Source: Paragordius varius (lineage: Eukaryota > Animalia > Nematomorpha). From it: 64,000 bases of DNA. Position numbers and translations under genes: made by a program. The notes under the pieces are model-generated. The model ran no database searches. It was not told the origin of the DNA and worked only from the letters and a program-made list of their open reading frames with translations. Shown piece by piece: positions 14,371 to 29,200 of the stretch. The stretch covers positions 1,612,001-1,676,000 of the forward strand of contig OZ176059.1 in the NCBI GenBank assembly GCA_964247055.1, given 5' to 3'. Every line of letters begins with the position of its first letter. Positions within the stretch are counted from its first letter, which is position 1.

Positions 14371-15300
14371 GTATGATATACTGAGATACACATTCATTTT
14401 AGTCCTTCGATTCAAATTGGGGTAGTTAGATACCCCAGGCTTATTAAAAATGAAATATTTAAAAAAATATGGAATGAATTGAAACCATGACAAAAATTTG
14501 CACTTAGATAACATAAATATAAAAGTTCTTTCAAAATATTTGATATTACTTAATCAGAGGTAAAAAGTTAAAAATTTATATATTATTACATGTGTGCATA
14601 AGCTATATATAAGATAATGCAAAATATACCACTTCTTCTGTTTATATCAATGTTAAATGTTATTTTAATAAAAAATAAACTTAATTTGCTTAGAATCAAT
14701 TAAAAACGATATTTTGCGAAAATGTTGTGAAATAAAAATGGCCTCCAAGTAGTTTGATACGGAACTTTTTTGCCAACTCTTGTGTAATATAGATATTTTG
14801 GCTTATATATTTTTTATTAGAACAGAAACATAAATTTAAATTGGAGTTCTTTCAGTCGTTTTTTAAAAATATCATTTAAATATTGACTGGGGTATTTAGA
14901 TAGCCCAATTTGAATCGAAGTGATATATTAAAGTGTGATCTAGAATACTACATACATTATAATTAAATATATGATTTATAGATTTTAGGCATTTTTAATT
15001 ATATATGTAAATTGTATAAGTAGAAATAGACCGTATATAAAAAACCAATATTTCTTCCAACCAAATAAACCCTTTTTTTAAAGTAATAAATTTGGGTTTA
15101 TACCCAACTTATAGATATAATTTATCTGTAAAATATACACAGTTTAGTTATTATCTGGAATAAAAAATACTTAAACCTATTGAACATTCAATTAACGTTT
15201 TATGAATAAAATGCCCCTAAATTAATTTAGGCTACTTACTAAGCGTATATGTATATCTAATTAAATAAAAAAATCGCACGTACGTAGTTGAATCTAAAAT

Positions 15301-15550
15301 CAGGGCTGTCCAACCACAAATGACTTCACGGGCCTCATTTAAAACATATATGGGCATTCATAATAAATAATTTATTAGATTTTATACATAGGACTGTAAA
15401 ATGCAGACATAATATAACAATTTATCTAGGTTTTGGTTAATTATATAGACTTTTTTTTTAAAAAAATTAATTTTACCAATATTTTGTAAACATATTTTTG
15501 TAAATTATAAAAATACCATGTTTTCAGGGGCCGTGTGTTGAACGCCCCTG
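15301..15550. mobile_element. hAT-like MITE
   Basis: Ends CAGGGCTGTCCAAC and GTTGAACGCCCCTG are imperfect TIRs like those of the element at 58325. No matching 8-bp TSD. Confidence 0.55.
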
Positions 15551-16465
15551 GTTTAGGTCTCATACATTAAATTTTTACCTATGTTACCACCAATATAATT
15601 TAAAAACATATTAATTACTACCATATAATTCAAAAAATATTTTTGTTATAGCTTGGTGCTTCAAAAGAAAACTTAAGTATGCTCATATTCATTACAACTG
15701 CTTTCCTATCTATCATATCCCTATTTGCCACTACTTTTTGAAAACTCTGCATTTAGTTTTATAACAAAACATTCCTTGAACAACTCCTTGTGATATAATG
15801 TTAACATCTCATTTTTTTATCCATTTAAAATTTGAAATTATTTTAGGGACAAACATGTAATTAAATATAAATATTTTTTTGAAAAGACAACTATATTATA
15901 TTAACCTTGATGTTTTAAATGTAAATAATACTTTGGAATAAGGGAGAAACGCAAATTGTTCACACATTCATTTATATATTTTCAAAATTGTAATTGAATA
16001 GTTTGAGTATACGAATAATCAAGGTTATAAACTATGAAGGTCACTTAAAATCTATTTGTCTTTTAGTTTTTACATTTTGTCTGTATAATTTCAATTTTAA
16101 CTATATTTTTATACCAATCAAAATGGAAAATGCTCATTTTTATATCATGTTTTTTTTGTTGAAAAATCGCATTTTTAACTACTTAGCATTTATGCCATGA
16201 TGCTACTTGACACAAGTTTTTTATACTTATACGATTTTTATAATTTATTATTGTTATATAATTATTCAATTGACCAATTTTATCCAATATTGTCACATTG
16301 TAAAACTTTTATGAAATCCAAACATTGTTTACAGTGTACATATATATTATATGTATAATAATATGACTTGTTGTGTAATTAATTAAATCATGGAACATAT
16401 TTGTTTAACTTAATTACAAATTTTTTAAAAACCAAAATTACATAATATACAATATTATCAATATT

Positions 16466-16640
16466 GGCGTGATGGTATAGTAGGTAGGGCGCTGGACTTT
16501 TACAATGCGTGCCAGAGTTGAAACCCCAAAACTACGCAATTTTTCCATTATCACTGTCAGTTCTAGGCAGCGAGTTTTAAAGACTTAACATGTCCGGATA
16601 TAAAATTTTAGTCCTTACTCTTTAAATAAGGAATAAAGAG
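16466..16640 (+). mobile_element. Probable tRNA-derived SINE or tRNA pseudogene
   Basis: GGCGTGATGGTATAGTAGGTAGGGCGCTGGACT...GAGTTGAAACCCC carries box A-like and box B-like Pol III motifs at tRNA spacing, followed by a non-tRNA core and an A-rich end. No complete cloverleaf. Confidence 0.45.
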
Positions 16641-17019
16641 ATTCTAAACTGTCTATATATTTTTTAAAACTTACTTTTATGTATTCGACTCATGAAAACC
16701 TGTTTGCTTGGGTTTCATTATAACTTGAATCAAGAATAAAGCAGGGTTTTACAAATATAATTTATAACTTTGGAAAATTTTAGCCTTTTTACCAAACTAA
16801 AGATTGATACAAAAGGTGGCAAAATTCATTTTACCGTTTGAGACATTACTTGTAATTGGTACAAATATTTTTCTAGTACAAAAAAATGACCAAAATTTTG
16901 ATATATTTTCATGTATTATTGGGTTCGTATAAAATGCCAAAATTTGCAGAAAATAAATCGGGACAAACAACAATTATATAAGTTTCTGCTCAAGACATCA
17001 AAATTTAATGTTATTAGTA

Positions 17020-17306
17020 TACCATTTACAGTTTAAATTCACCCTCAATTCAAATACATAAAATAAATAATGTATCTTTTAAGATTTAAAATTACTTTTA
17101 TTTTAAAATATTTTTGAAATATGAAATTTTGTTTAAAATTAATATAATGCTGAAAAAAACAATAAACTATGTAATAAAAATATATTTCATATTAATGATG
17201 GGTTATATCCCGAAAACACAATTTATTTTTAGGGTGAATTTGAATTATACAAAGGTGTGATTGAATTGTTTAATTGTTCAAGGGTGAATTTGAATTGTAA
17301 ATGGTA
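17020..17306. mobile_element. TACC-MITE (TA-flanked, TIR TACCATTTACA.TT.AAATTCACCC, 21-bp subterminal repeats)
   Basis: TA|TACCATTTACAG...TGTAAATGGTA|TA. The same family recurs at least 8 more times in this window. Confidence 0.8.
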
Positions 17307-17690
17307 TATAAGGGATAAATGTTAATAAAGTACATATAAGGTAAAATTACATTCTAATTTTAAACACTTATTTTAAAACAAAAAATGATTAACACATTAC
17401 CTAAATTTCGTGTTTTAAACAAAAATATCAAATTCCTCAAAAAAACGGAAAAGACGGGTCAACACACAAGAGTCAGCATAGAAGATATTTCATTACATGT
17501 TATGAAATTAAAAGGCAAAAATGCTTCTCTAATAAAAATTTGTTGGTTTATTGCAAAAAATTTAATTTGTACAATAAAAAATATAAATGATAAACTACAC
17601 TAGGTAATGTAATTTTAAACTGAACTTTTAGATGGGGCCACCAGTAACGTGAGATACGGTAAAAAAGGATAAATTTATTGTATATTTCGT

Positions 17691-17917
17691 TGTTATATAA
17701 TGATATATCTGTATATATATATAATATAAACAGGTAAAAATGTATTCACATATATCCAGGTGAAATGCTTGCTTTTCTACAGTTTAATCAAAGTATAAAT
17801 AATAGTACGTGGTGGTGAGGTATATCTAATAATATATTACGAATGTTGTTTGTGCGGTTAATCTAATAGTATAATATAAGGTTCATTCAAATTAGCCTGT
17901 CAGTTACCACTATAACA
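17691..17917 (-). mobile_element. 3' LTR of Ty3/Gypsy element
   Basis: 227 bp bounded by TGTTATA...TATAACA, directly preceded on the minus strand by the polypurine tract AGAAGGAGTGA and the end of integrase. No partner 5' LTR was found. Confidence 0.75.
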
Positions 17918-20900
17918 TCACTCCTTCTAACGAAAGCGGACGGATGGTACCGTCCTTCCTGTATTTTTGTGGGGGAGCTGGTTACGTTCCTGGGTATAAA
18001 TATTATTTAAACTTGCAGCTGTCGGGGTAATTGGTTCGGTTTCGTCACTTAGATTAATCGTGCTGTTTAGTTGAGGTTAGGCTATTGGTACATCATCCTT
18101 GGCAGTGTTGCGTCCTCGTCAATTGTGTTGCTTGCTTGTTGTTGTGGATAGTGTATTATTTGATCGGCGTGTTTTTTCACAACTTTCTCCCAGTCTTTGT
18201 TCCACACCTTGTATGAAAATAACTCTGTACGGTCGGTGATCTCTCCGGGCGTGCCAGCCTAGTCTTAGTTCAATTTTAATCATTAGTGGATCATTAATGG
18301 AAAACTGCCGTAGGGGGCTGGTGCATCTAACAATCTCGCCCTACTATTTAACCATAAGGGGTATGGGGTGTTCGCTTGAACATTAATTGGGCCGGGGTTT
18401 CTTGAGTTGTCGAGTGTATAGAGTTTATATACGCCCATAGGCTAGTGTTAAACGCCTCGTGGGTGGATTTCATTATTTTTTATTCTTTTGTATTTTTTTT
18501 ATCGTACCTACTAACCTTTTTACCATCCAATTAATCGTAGGATGGTCGGAGGTAACCTTAATATGTTTCACCCCTAACGTACTTAAGGTTGACGTGAAGT
18601 ACTCATTGCTAAAATACGAAGCGTTATCGCTAACGATCTCTCTTGCAAAACCAAACCTTGCAAACGTTTCTTCTACTTTATGGATTATATTTATTCGCTA
18701 CGGTTACCTTTTTCAAAATAAACCCTTCCGCCCATTTCGAGGCATAATTAATTATCAACAACCAATAAAAACCGTCTACCGGTCCGGCTATATCAATATG
18801 CAAACGCTCCCACACAGCAACATTATAATCCCACTGATACGTGAAATTCTGAGTAACATTCGGCCTACAACGTTGGCACGATTCCCAATGACTACTGGCT
18901 TTTACCAGGTCATTTTCTAATTCTGGCCAATAACACGTAAATCTGGCCATCGCTTTCATGGTCTCTACGTTGTTATGACCGCTGTGTAGGTATCTCACCA
19001 CCTCTTTTTGGAGGGGCTCGGAATTATAATCCAATCATTTAAACTTAACAAGCCATATTACCAACTTGTCTTTACGGTTTACAAACTTTTCTATTGGAGA
19101 ACTTCAGTCATGTTTGTTTAACGCTTTAGTTACTTTTTGTAATATTGGATCTAATGCGGTTTTTTTTTCAAATTCCCAGCACGTTATGACAATATTTAAA
19201 AATCTCAGATATCTGGTACCCGCATAATCTTCACCATAGACATGGATCTCGTCAATCGGCCATATCGATAAATTATCAGCTCTATTTTGAGCCCCCTTTT
19301 GATGACTTAATTCAAAATCGTATTCATTTATTATATTAATCCATCTTAGTATTTATTAACTTCACTAAGGGTAAATCGTCAGTTAATATTACAAATTTTC
19401 TACCATATACAAAACTATGAAACTTTCTTAACGCAAACAATATTACTTTTAATTCCTTCTCGATAGTGGAATATTTCCGTTCGGCGTTGCTACATTTTTG
19501 TGAGGCATACGCGATCGGTAACCTATCACTATAAACCTTATGACTTTAAATCCACCCAAATCCCGATTCTGACATATCAGTTTCTATTATCAATTTCCTA
19601 CTTGGATTATATGGTATTAAAAACACTTTTATACATAACAAATTCTTAGCTGCTAACCAGCTTTTCTCATGTTTTTTGGTCCAAGACCACCTCGTATTTT
19701 CACTAGTTAATTCATGTAAGGGACCGACTATCATTTGTAATTTTGGTATAAAACGTTCATGAAACGTCAAAAAACTAAAAAACTACGTAATGACTTTTTA
19801 TCTACCAGCTTTTTAGTTCTTTAATTGCCTTGATTTTGCTTTTACATGGGCTTATCCCTTTTTCTATATTTCAACCCTAAATAGTTTACAGATTCTGCAC
19901 CTATCACTATTTTATCTTGTCTTAATTTGGATTCGGCCTTATCGAGACGACTTAATACGTTATTTAAATTGTTAATGTGGTCATTTTCCGTCCTACCAGT
20001 CACTAGGACGTCATCTAAATATACGCAAGATCCCGGCTTTCAGCCAGCACCTGTTCCATCACCCGTTGAAAGATGATCGGTGCCGTGGCCAGTCCAAACA
20101 GGAAACGTTTGTATCTAAAGAAACCTTTATGTGTTGGGACAGTTTACGATTCGTACTCATCTGCCACTGGCATCTGGACGGATGTAAGCATCTTTAAAAT
20201 CAATTTTTGTGAATTTGGGACCTTTCAACACCAACTCATCAAACGTGGAAATTATAGAAGAGTCTTCTTTCAACCACTTATTAATCGTTACCCGAAAATC
20301 ACTGCATATTTTAAATTCGCCATTCGGTTAAAGTACATTAACCGTAGGCGTAACCCATGTCACAGGTGTAATGCTAGGATCAACCGGTTCTAAGATGCCT
20401 AACTTTTGTAGCCTTGTCAGCTCTTTCTCTACCTTTTAACGGAAAAGGCACGCTCATAGCCCACACTTTCGGAATCGCATTCGTTGCAATGCGAATTTTT
20501 ACTACGTTTTTATAACACCCTAACTTATTTTCGAATAAGTTTTAATTATTTTCGCAAATCGCATTTAATTTAAAGTAATTAATTTTAACTTGTGGCATCT
20601 CAATCTGGAACTTAGCCATCCAGTCCAGAAGTGGTACCATCCCCATAATTTTGCTCAGGACACATATGTCCTCCATCATCTGTTTGCTGCCCTTTATCTC
20701 AACATTAACGCTTGCCATCCCCAACATTGGAACCGTGGTGTTGTTGTATGATTTTACCGGTGGCGTCGGTCCTAGTTTGGGTTTACCTATTTGTTCCCAA
20801 ATTGTGAAATTCATTACACTGATATGTGACCCGGTATCATAGATGAAAAATCTTTTCTCAGACCATTTATTATTAATGTTATGAGTAAAGGTGTTTGAGC

Positions 20901-21700
20901 ATTTCGACATACCTTGACATCCTTCAATAGCTGTCGATTGAAGTTAGGTACGCACATCCTAACAAAATTGTTCAATTTACCGCATTTGTTGCTCGCTCGT
21001 CTCCAGGCTAGACACTTGTTGGGTGGGTGCGTGTTGCCGCAATGTTTGCATGCAGTAGATGATTTCATTATAGTTTGTCGGTAGGGTTTATTATGTTGGA
21101 ACCGATTGATATTGTTATTGCTCTTACTCTATCGATTGCTATTATTATTGTTGTTACTATCATTGTTATTCTGTAGTCCAGTCCTAGAAGCTTCGTGTGC
21201 TAGTGCCAGATCTACGATTGTTTTTAAAGGGACAGGAATACCGTTTATCAAACGCATCTGGTCTGGTTGAGGTTGTCGCAGTCTTTTTACGAACGCATGA
21301 ACACATACGCTGTTGTTCTATGGCTTCAGTGAATTGGGCTTCTTCTGCGCCTATCTTGACACGTTCAAGAAATTGCGTGAAACTTTCATCATCGTTGGCA
21401 CCAGCTTAAAAAATTTAAACCGGCTTTAGAATTTTGATTTCGTCAGGTTAAATATCTTTTTCCCGTTTCCGTAATTTCAGCCCACGTGGCGTCTTTTAAT
21501 TTCTTAGGGTATAGGCGTTGGTTAATCTTTCTCACAATCATGAATCCGCCATATGCTAGTATAGTTGATTTAAGCGTTTTTTAGGTTGCAGGAATATCCT
21601 TTGCCTCAAATACGTTGCTAATATACTCGAGGTAATCTTCGAATTTATTATTATCATTGTATTTTTATATGGATTGATTGGCAATGCTAGCTTTAGAGCT
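17918..21700 (-). mobile_element. Decayed Ty3/Gypsy (K02A2.6-like) gag-pol with many stops and frameshifts
   Basis: Domains in Gypsy order on the minus strand: gag (about 21300-21700), Cys/His knuckles (CKHCGNTH, KCGKLNNF), protease YDTGS, RT with FGLATAPIIFQR and YLDD at 20010-20021, RNase H region ETDMSESGFG, integrase H-x3-H...C-x2-C-like region and WERLHIDIAGP. Confidence 0.9.
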
Positions 21701-21704
21701 GCTA

Positions 21705-22750
21705 CAGTAAAGACGAGTTGGCATATCAATATGGCTTGTTAAGTTTGAATGATCGGATTATAATTCCGAAGCCCCTCCAAAAAAGAGGCGGTGAGATACC
21801 TACCCAGCGGTCATAACAACGTAGAGACCATGAAAACGATGGTCAGATTTACGTGTTATTGGCCAGAATCAGAAAATGATGCCAACGTAGTAGGCCGAAT
21901 GTTAATCAGAATTCCACTTCTCAGTGGGATCATAATGTTGCTATGTGGGAGCGTTTGCATATTGATATAGCCGGACCGGTAGACGGTTATTATTGGTTGT
22001 TAATAATTGATAGTGCCTCGAAATGGACAGAAGGGTTTATTTTAAAAAAGGTAACCGCAACAAATATAATCCATAAAGAAGAAGAAACGTTTCCAAGGTT
22101 TGTTTTGCAAGAGAGATCGTTAGTGATAACGCTCCGCATTTTAGCAATGAGTATTTCACGTAAACCTCAAGTACGTTAGGGGTGAAACATATTAAGGTTA
22201 CCCTCTACCATCCTAAGAGTAATGGGATGTTCGGATTTATAATCTCCGATCATTTAAACTTAACAAGCCATATTGATATGCCAACTCGTCTTTACGGTAG
22301 CAGCTCCTAACGCTAGCATTGCCAATCTATACATATAAAAATACAATGATGATAATAAATTCGAAGATTACCTCGAGTATATTAGCAACGTATTTGAGGC
22401 AAAGTAAATCAACTATACTAGCATATGGCGGATTCATGATTGTAAGAAAGATTACCCAACGCCTATACCCTGAGAGAAATTAAAAGACGCCACGTGGACT
22501 AAAATTACGGAAACGGGGAAAAAATATTTAACCCGACGAAATCGAAATTCCAAAACCGGTTTGAATTTTTTTAAGCTGGTGCGCAACAATGATGAAAGTT
22601 TCACGCAATTTCTTGAACGTGTCAAGATAGGCGCAGAAGAAGCCCAATTTACTGAAGCCATAGAACAACAGCGTATACGTGATGCGTTTGTAATAGGCAT
22701 AATTTAAATAAGAACAAAGCTTTATGAGCGCTTGCTTTTTGATGTAAATA
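21705..22750. mobile_element. Rearranged second copy of Gypsy integrase and gag fragments (inverted duplication)
   Basis: 21705-22230 is a plus-strand copy of the integrase region 18560-19060. 22230-22692 is the reverse complement of 21290-21770 and continues as plus-strand gag (IEQQRIRDAFVIG) to about 22750. Confidence 0.85.
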
Positions 22751-23247
22751 TAAAAAAATTATAATTGTGATTAATGTCACGAAACCGGTATAATTTATAT
22801 ATGCCGTTTTTTTTCAAAAATCGCAAAAAGATTAAATAAATTTATTAATTTATTATAATTGTTTCTGTGTAATATTTATAACCCTTAACAATGCATTGAT
22901 GATGTGTTAGTTATGTAATAATATAATTGTATATAATTCAATGAAAATATAATTTAAGGCATATATATTAGTTTTTTTGACATCAGAGGATAACCATAAA
23001 ATATATAATTTAACCGGGTTAAGAAACAATTGGACTACAAAAAATAATGATAAATCACATAAAAACTTTAATAATTAATCATTCAAAACCAATCAATAAA
23101 ATAATTTAATACTGATTTCTAGAGAAAAAACTATTTAATCATAAAACTATTCGCTATCCAATATAATGAATCAAAATCAAAATTTTTTTTAATCAATTCA
23201 CCATAAAAATTTGAATAATCAAAAAGTAAAAAAATGATATGAATGTG

Positions 23248-26200
23248 TTAGTTTTGGTCATCATATTTTTGGACGAGTTGTACAATTTGTTGAGCAAGGG
23301 TATCAGTATCTTCCTATAAGTTAAAAATTGTAATTATAAATACATAAACGTTAATTTTAAAAGACAAATTTGGATAAAGACAAAAAACGCCACACTTTTT
23401 TAAACATGATTTTTTATTTAATCTCTAAGAGTAAAGAAGGTGGTGTGTTACCAATTTACATCCCTATTACCTATTTTGAAACCCAAAAAACGATTAGTTA
23501 GATTCAAAAAAATTTATTCGTTAAAAAGTAAGGGTGTCTTCTTTTAAAAATTATTGTTATACTTTTCACGTTTTAGCTTTATAATTACTATTTTCCTATA
23601 ATTATCATAAAACATCAATGAATTATAGATATAGATATATATATATATATATATATATAGTATGCATTTTAATGGTTGCTTTTTACACTATAATTGGTCA
23701 ATTTTTAACACAGTAGTGTATGGAAAAAAAGAAAGGAACAAACTGTTTATTCAACATTTATTGTTTTTTCCATACACTACTGTGTTGCAAATTGCCCCCT
23801 ACTATAGTTTGCGATAAACAACCATTAAAATGCATACTGTATGTATGAGTAAATATAATAGATTTTCATTTAACATTTTCAGATAACAACTTACAGTAAA
23901 AAACTATCTATATTATTTATGGCTTAAGGTTGTTAAGTGGTCAGCAAAATATGTAATTTACGCTTTTACCCACAAAAATATTCCTTATAGCACTTAATTT
24001 TTATTCGTACTGTTTTTCATAAAACTAATTTTTTTAGCTAAAACTTTGTTATACACTAAAGTGTAATCTCATTATGATATATAAATTCGGACAAAAGTAT
24101 ATGAATCGCTATCCGCATCATGAACCTAGTCTTCTACTAAATGATATAAAAAGTTGATTGATTTTACAATGAAATTATTGTTAATTCTAATATCCCAACT
24201 TAGTAATTTGGTAATAAGATAGAAAAAATTAAATATATTTTTTTTATTTTTGCTTGAAGTATCCACAAATTAGGTAGTATTCAGAAAGAGGTAAACCCAA
24301 CTTAAACTTATAAAACAAATCCGAATCTCACAGAAGATATTGAATTTATACAGACAAGACGTAAAAGCCAATCATAATTTTTTGTACCTTAATTATATAA
24401 ACTATTCAATCACAGCTGTATGATATAAATATATAATTTAGTTATCATTATTACATCTCTATTTAAACAGTTTGCACTTTAATATATTGAATTATATCTG
24501 TTAAAAAAAAATTTGAGATAGGTTTTATTAAAAAATTGTCTTTATATGGATAAAAAATGTAATAAAAAAACCTAAATTAAATTTTACATACAATATATTC
24601 ACTAATTTCATATTAAATAATATAATTATAAATAGATATATGTATACTTGAGTTAGGCCTTCAGCATAAACACGGATAACGTCTTCTGTCCCAGATGGTC
24701 TGTAAATTATCGATTATATTCAAAATCATTAAAATAATTGAAATATAAAATTAATTTTTTGCTTTTTTTATTACGTTTATTGTTCCAAAATTTCCTAGGT
24801 GTTAGCCATTTATACACAAAATTCCCTAAAATATATATATAAATCAAAGTCTATGAAAAGGTTGAATAGAACAGAAAATAAAAAACATAAAAATCGCACC
24901 ATATAAAAGCACAAAAAAGGCTTTTTAAAGTTAAAAATATTGAATCTTAAAACTAAAACAAAACTAAAATCGCAAAATAGAAAAACCGTATAAAAGCCCG
25001 CCCACGTTCATATCCCTTAACTATTTCATCTATTTCGGTTTGTAATCCCGCCGGCTTTATGCATTGTGTTTCATCCCAACTCGTTTTTATGAAAGTTCTA
25101 TCTTTCACCTAACAACAATACACATACACATATATGGAAGCCAAATTTATAATATAATCGTTTGATATAATTTAAAAAATTTTGCGTTAAAGGTAATATT
25201 AATATATCAAGTTAAGTGACCGTTACACTCATATTAAACACCTTAATTTTTATTTTTACATTTAGATTCTTAATTTCGTCTGTTTTCAAAAAAGGCTAAC
25301 CAAAAAAAAGCTATTTTATATGCTAAAATTTGTCTTTAATTAATAATTACCTTTAAAACTTTATCTGCTAAACTACATACCTTAACTTTAAGTTGACGAC
25401 TAGGGTAGTCCGTATATAGAGCGTCCCATTGTTTAACATTAATGCCTTTTTTAAGCATAATGGCCAAGACTAGCAACAAATCTGATAAGGCATCACCCAC
25501 AAACTGTGTGTAGATAAGGTAAATATTTAATTTAAACATACAAAATTAAAAAAGTTAAAGACAAATTATTACATAGTTGGGGGAAAAATGCCAAAAACAT
25601 ATTTATTACGCGAATGCCCAAAACAAAGGGCTTGGCGGGCCGCTTTTTGCATCGGAAAACCTGACGGGCCGCACCAAATATGCATATGAAAGAAAATAAT
25701 AAATATTTTATTTACACTTCAAATTCACCCTTAAACAATTCAAATTCACCCTTGAACTATTATTCAAATTCAACCTTGAAAACAATTCAAATTTACGATA
25801 AAATAAATCATTTGTTATTTAAGATAATTTACCTTTATTTTTTTATATTTTTAAAAAAAAGAAAGTTTGTATGTAATCAAATAATACTGCAAAAAATAAT
25901 TAACTTTGCCATAAAAATATATTTAGTTTTAATGATGAGTTATATCAGACCGTAAATTCATAATTTATTTTTAGGGTGAATATAAATTGTTCGAGGGTGC
26001 ATTTAAATTGTTCAAGGGTAAATTTGAATTGTTCAAAGATGATTTGAATTGTAAATGGTATAATAAATTTCAAACATTAAGAGATGGCAAAAACCACACT
26101 GTTTATATTAACAATTATTCCCGCTGCCAAAACTCGGAAAGTTTATTCAGCAAATTTGTTTAAGAATTATTCGTTATATTGTTTATTTAATATTTTTGGA

Positions 26201-29200
26201 GGGCCGTGTGTTAACCAACCCTTATTTAATATATATAAATATAAGGTTAAATATTAATATATTTTATAGTATTCAAATCTTTTAAATGAAATACCTTTTG
26301 GTAAATAAAATATATGCCAATTAATATATTGTTTTTAAATATAATAAAATCATGTTGTATATAATGTTATTGATGGTAAAAATTTACGTTTCAACTTTAA
26401 GTAGCCCGACAAAATGTACGTTTTCAATCAAAATAAAATGTATCACATAAACTAACTAAGATATTTATTTATTTCACACGTAAACCAAATAAAATCCCAA
26501 AATACTGCTAAAACCTATTCCTCAAATAAAAGGGGAAAAAATGATAAAAATAAATGTAGATTTCAAAAAATATAAAAAAAACTTGATTTGTCATTTGTAT
26601 AAAATATAGTAATTCTTGAGCGGCAAATCGCCTTTCATAACTAACCACAGTATCGGATTCATGATGTGCAATATTTCGAATACGTTTAGTAAGGTTATCA
26701 CTGTACAATACCTTTTATGCCAATATGGAAAAATGATTTGAATATAACTGTTTTGATATTGAAAAAATGCAAAAAAATATTTAAGTAATTGGGCAGCTTT
26801 GATTTAATTTAAGGGGAAAAAATTTATCTATCTATATTACAAAATTTATATCAAATTTTTCGAGAAAAAAAACATATGTAGGTATAGATAAAAATTGTAA
26901 TTTTAGGTAACCATTAGAGTATTAAGTTTTTTTATTAAAATCCTTGTTTAAGAATTTTTAGGTAAGAATTAACTTAGCAAATTTAAACCAATATTTTCAT
27001 TTCTTTCGGGGAACTTATATATTATTAATAGTTATAAACCCAACTTTTTTCCAAAAAAACCACATAAAACGCTAAAAAATTATTTTCAAAACGACAAACA
27101 AGCATTATAAAATTTAGAATTTAATACAGTTCCATGTCCATTCGCTTCAAAATATATGCCAATATCCATTTTCGCCGCCTGATGATGTAAATGTTTAACG
27201 CCAGTGGGTGTGAAATAAACGTCTAAACCCTAAATATGCACAATAAATTATTGGTTTTTTCAATCTAACAATAGTTTTATAACCCCGAAGAATTTTAAAT
27301 TTAATTATTTAATATATATATATATATATTTTATTTGCATACTCGTTTGAGTGCATTACCCGTATAAAAAAATTCTTAACATGTAAAATTCATCTAAAAC
27401 TTTTTGTCACTAAATATTTTTTTGTAAAATATTGTAATTTTTCACCAAATAAAATAAGAATAATATTAATAATCATAAATTTTATACATGCCATTATATA
27501 TGTGAACTTTTTATTACTTATTTACAATTAAAAATCATCAGACGATTTCATAGGGTCTGGGATATCTATAGTTTAGCAAAAATATCTTCCACTTATATTA
27601 AATAATACAATCCTACAATTGTTTAGCAATCATAACATAATAAAACACTATCCAGTAAAACATTTCTAAAAATTTATACCATTCTGATAGAATAAAAATG
27701 GTTGTTAAATTATATTTTAACAAATGTAATTATCAGTAAAAGATACCATGAACAATTTAAATTCACCCTTGAACAATTCAAATTCACCATCAAATATATT
27801 AAATTATATGTTTATTAACATTAAAAATTACCTATATTTTTATATATTTTTAAAAAATAAAATTTTGTTTAAAATTAAAATGTAATGCTGAAAAAATAAT
27901 TAACTGTGCCATAAAAATATATTTCATATTAATAATAAGTTATAGTTGCCCGAAAACACATAATTTATTTTTAGGGTGAATTTAAGTTGTTCGAGGATAA
28001 ATATAAATTTTTCGAAAGGTGAATTCGTACTGTAAATGTAATAAAAATTCGAAATATATACGCTTATAAAAAATTTGATTATACCAAACAACGTTTGCCA
28101 AATATATTATAAAAAATATCAGTAAAGCATTTTTAAATAAAACATCTACATGTTATATTACCTTAAAATAGATTTTTATTATAATTTGGCAGCAAGAACT
28201 AAAAATACGATTCGAAACCCACTCAAAACAAAAAAATACCCCAAAACTATATAATATTTCATATGAAATAAAAAGTGTAAACTAAATGCAAGTTAGGGGA
28301 AAACATACCTGAGATTTATAATATGCCGTTGAACTACCATTGGCATAAGCAGTTTGAACGATTCCAACGCTAAAATCTGCCAAATTTAGTCCACAATCAG
28401 TCAGTGCGTTTTTTAGGTAAAATGCAATCTTTTTTAGCAAAAAAGGCAAACAAAATTTATTAAAGGGGAAAATATTAAAAATTTGAACATTAACCGGTTT
28501 AAAAAATAAAAAACAAAAAAAAAAGAGTGACAATCGTAGTTTTAAACTTCAAAAAATATTATTTGAAGAAAAAACCATAACAGTATTTTATACTTTTTAG
28601 AGTTTACTAAGTAAATTTTTTACTTTTATTGTAACAATATTTTTTCTGATCGAAATTCCGAAAATATTAAAAGGTTATATACCAAAGCAGCAATCTTATC
28701 TCCATCAAGTAAGCGAAAAGATGTTTCTTTTGTTTTAGATGTGACTTCTATAAGAAAATAAATGGCAATAAATGAAAATATTGGGTGTTTTAATGTATTT
28801 TAAAAAAAAATACCATTTTCGAATTCACCCTTGAACAATTCAAGTTCACCTTCAAAAAAACTTAAAATTACTATTATTTTAATATTTAAAAAAAGAAATT
28901 TAAAAATTAAAATAATACTGAAAAAATAATAAACTATGTCATAAGAATATATTTCATGTTAATAATGAGTAAGCCCAAAAACATATAATTTTTTTAGGGT
29001 AAATTAGAATTGTAAATGGTATAATAACGCTATAACTTGTTATAAAAATTGAATGATTCAAAACTCATATTAATACGTCCGTTATATATGTTTTCAATTC
29101 AAAACACAAAAGATTAAGGTAAATAATTATTTTTACAAAAAAACTGATAGACACTTATTTTTAAGTTACGTCTTTGCGACAATAAAATTAAGCCTAACTT

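Noticed and set aside
14071-14514. 147-aa minus-strand ORF
   Set aside because: It is antisense to the Ly6 exon, with no motif or splice support.
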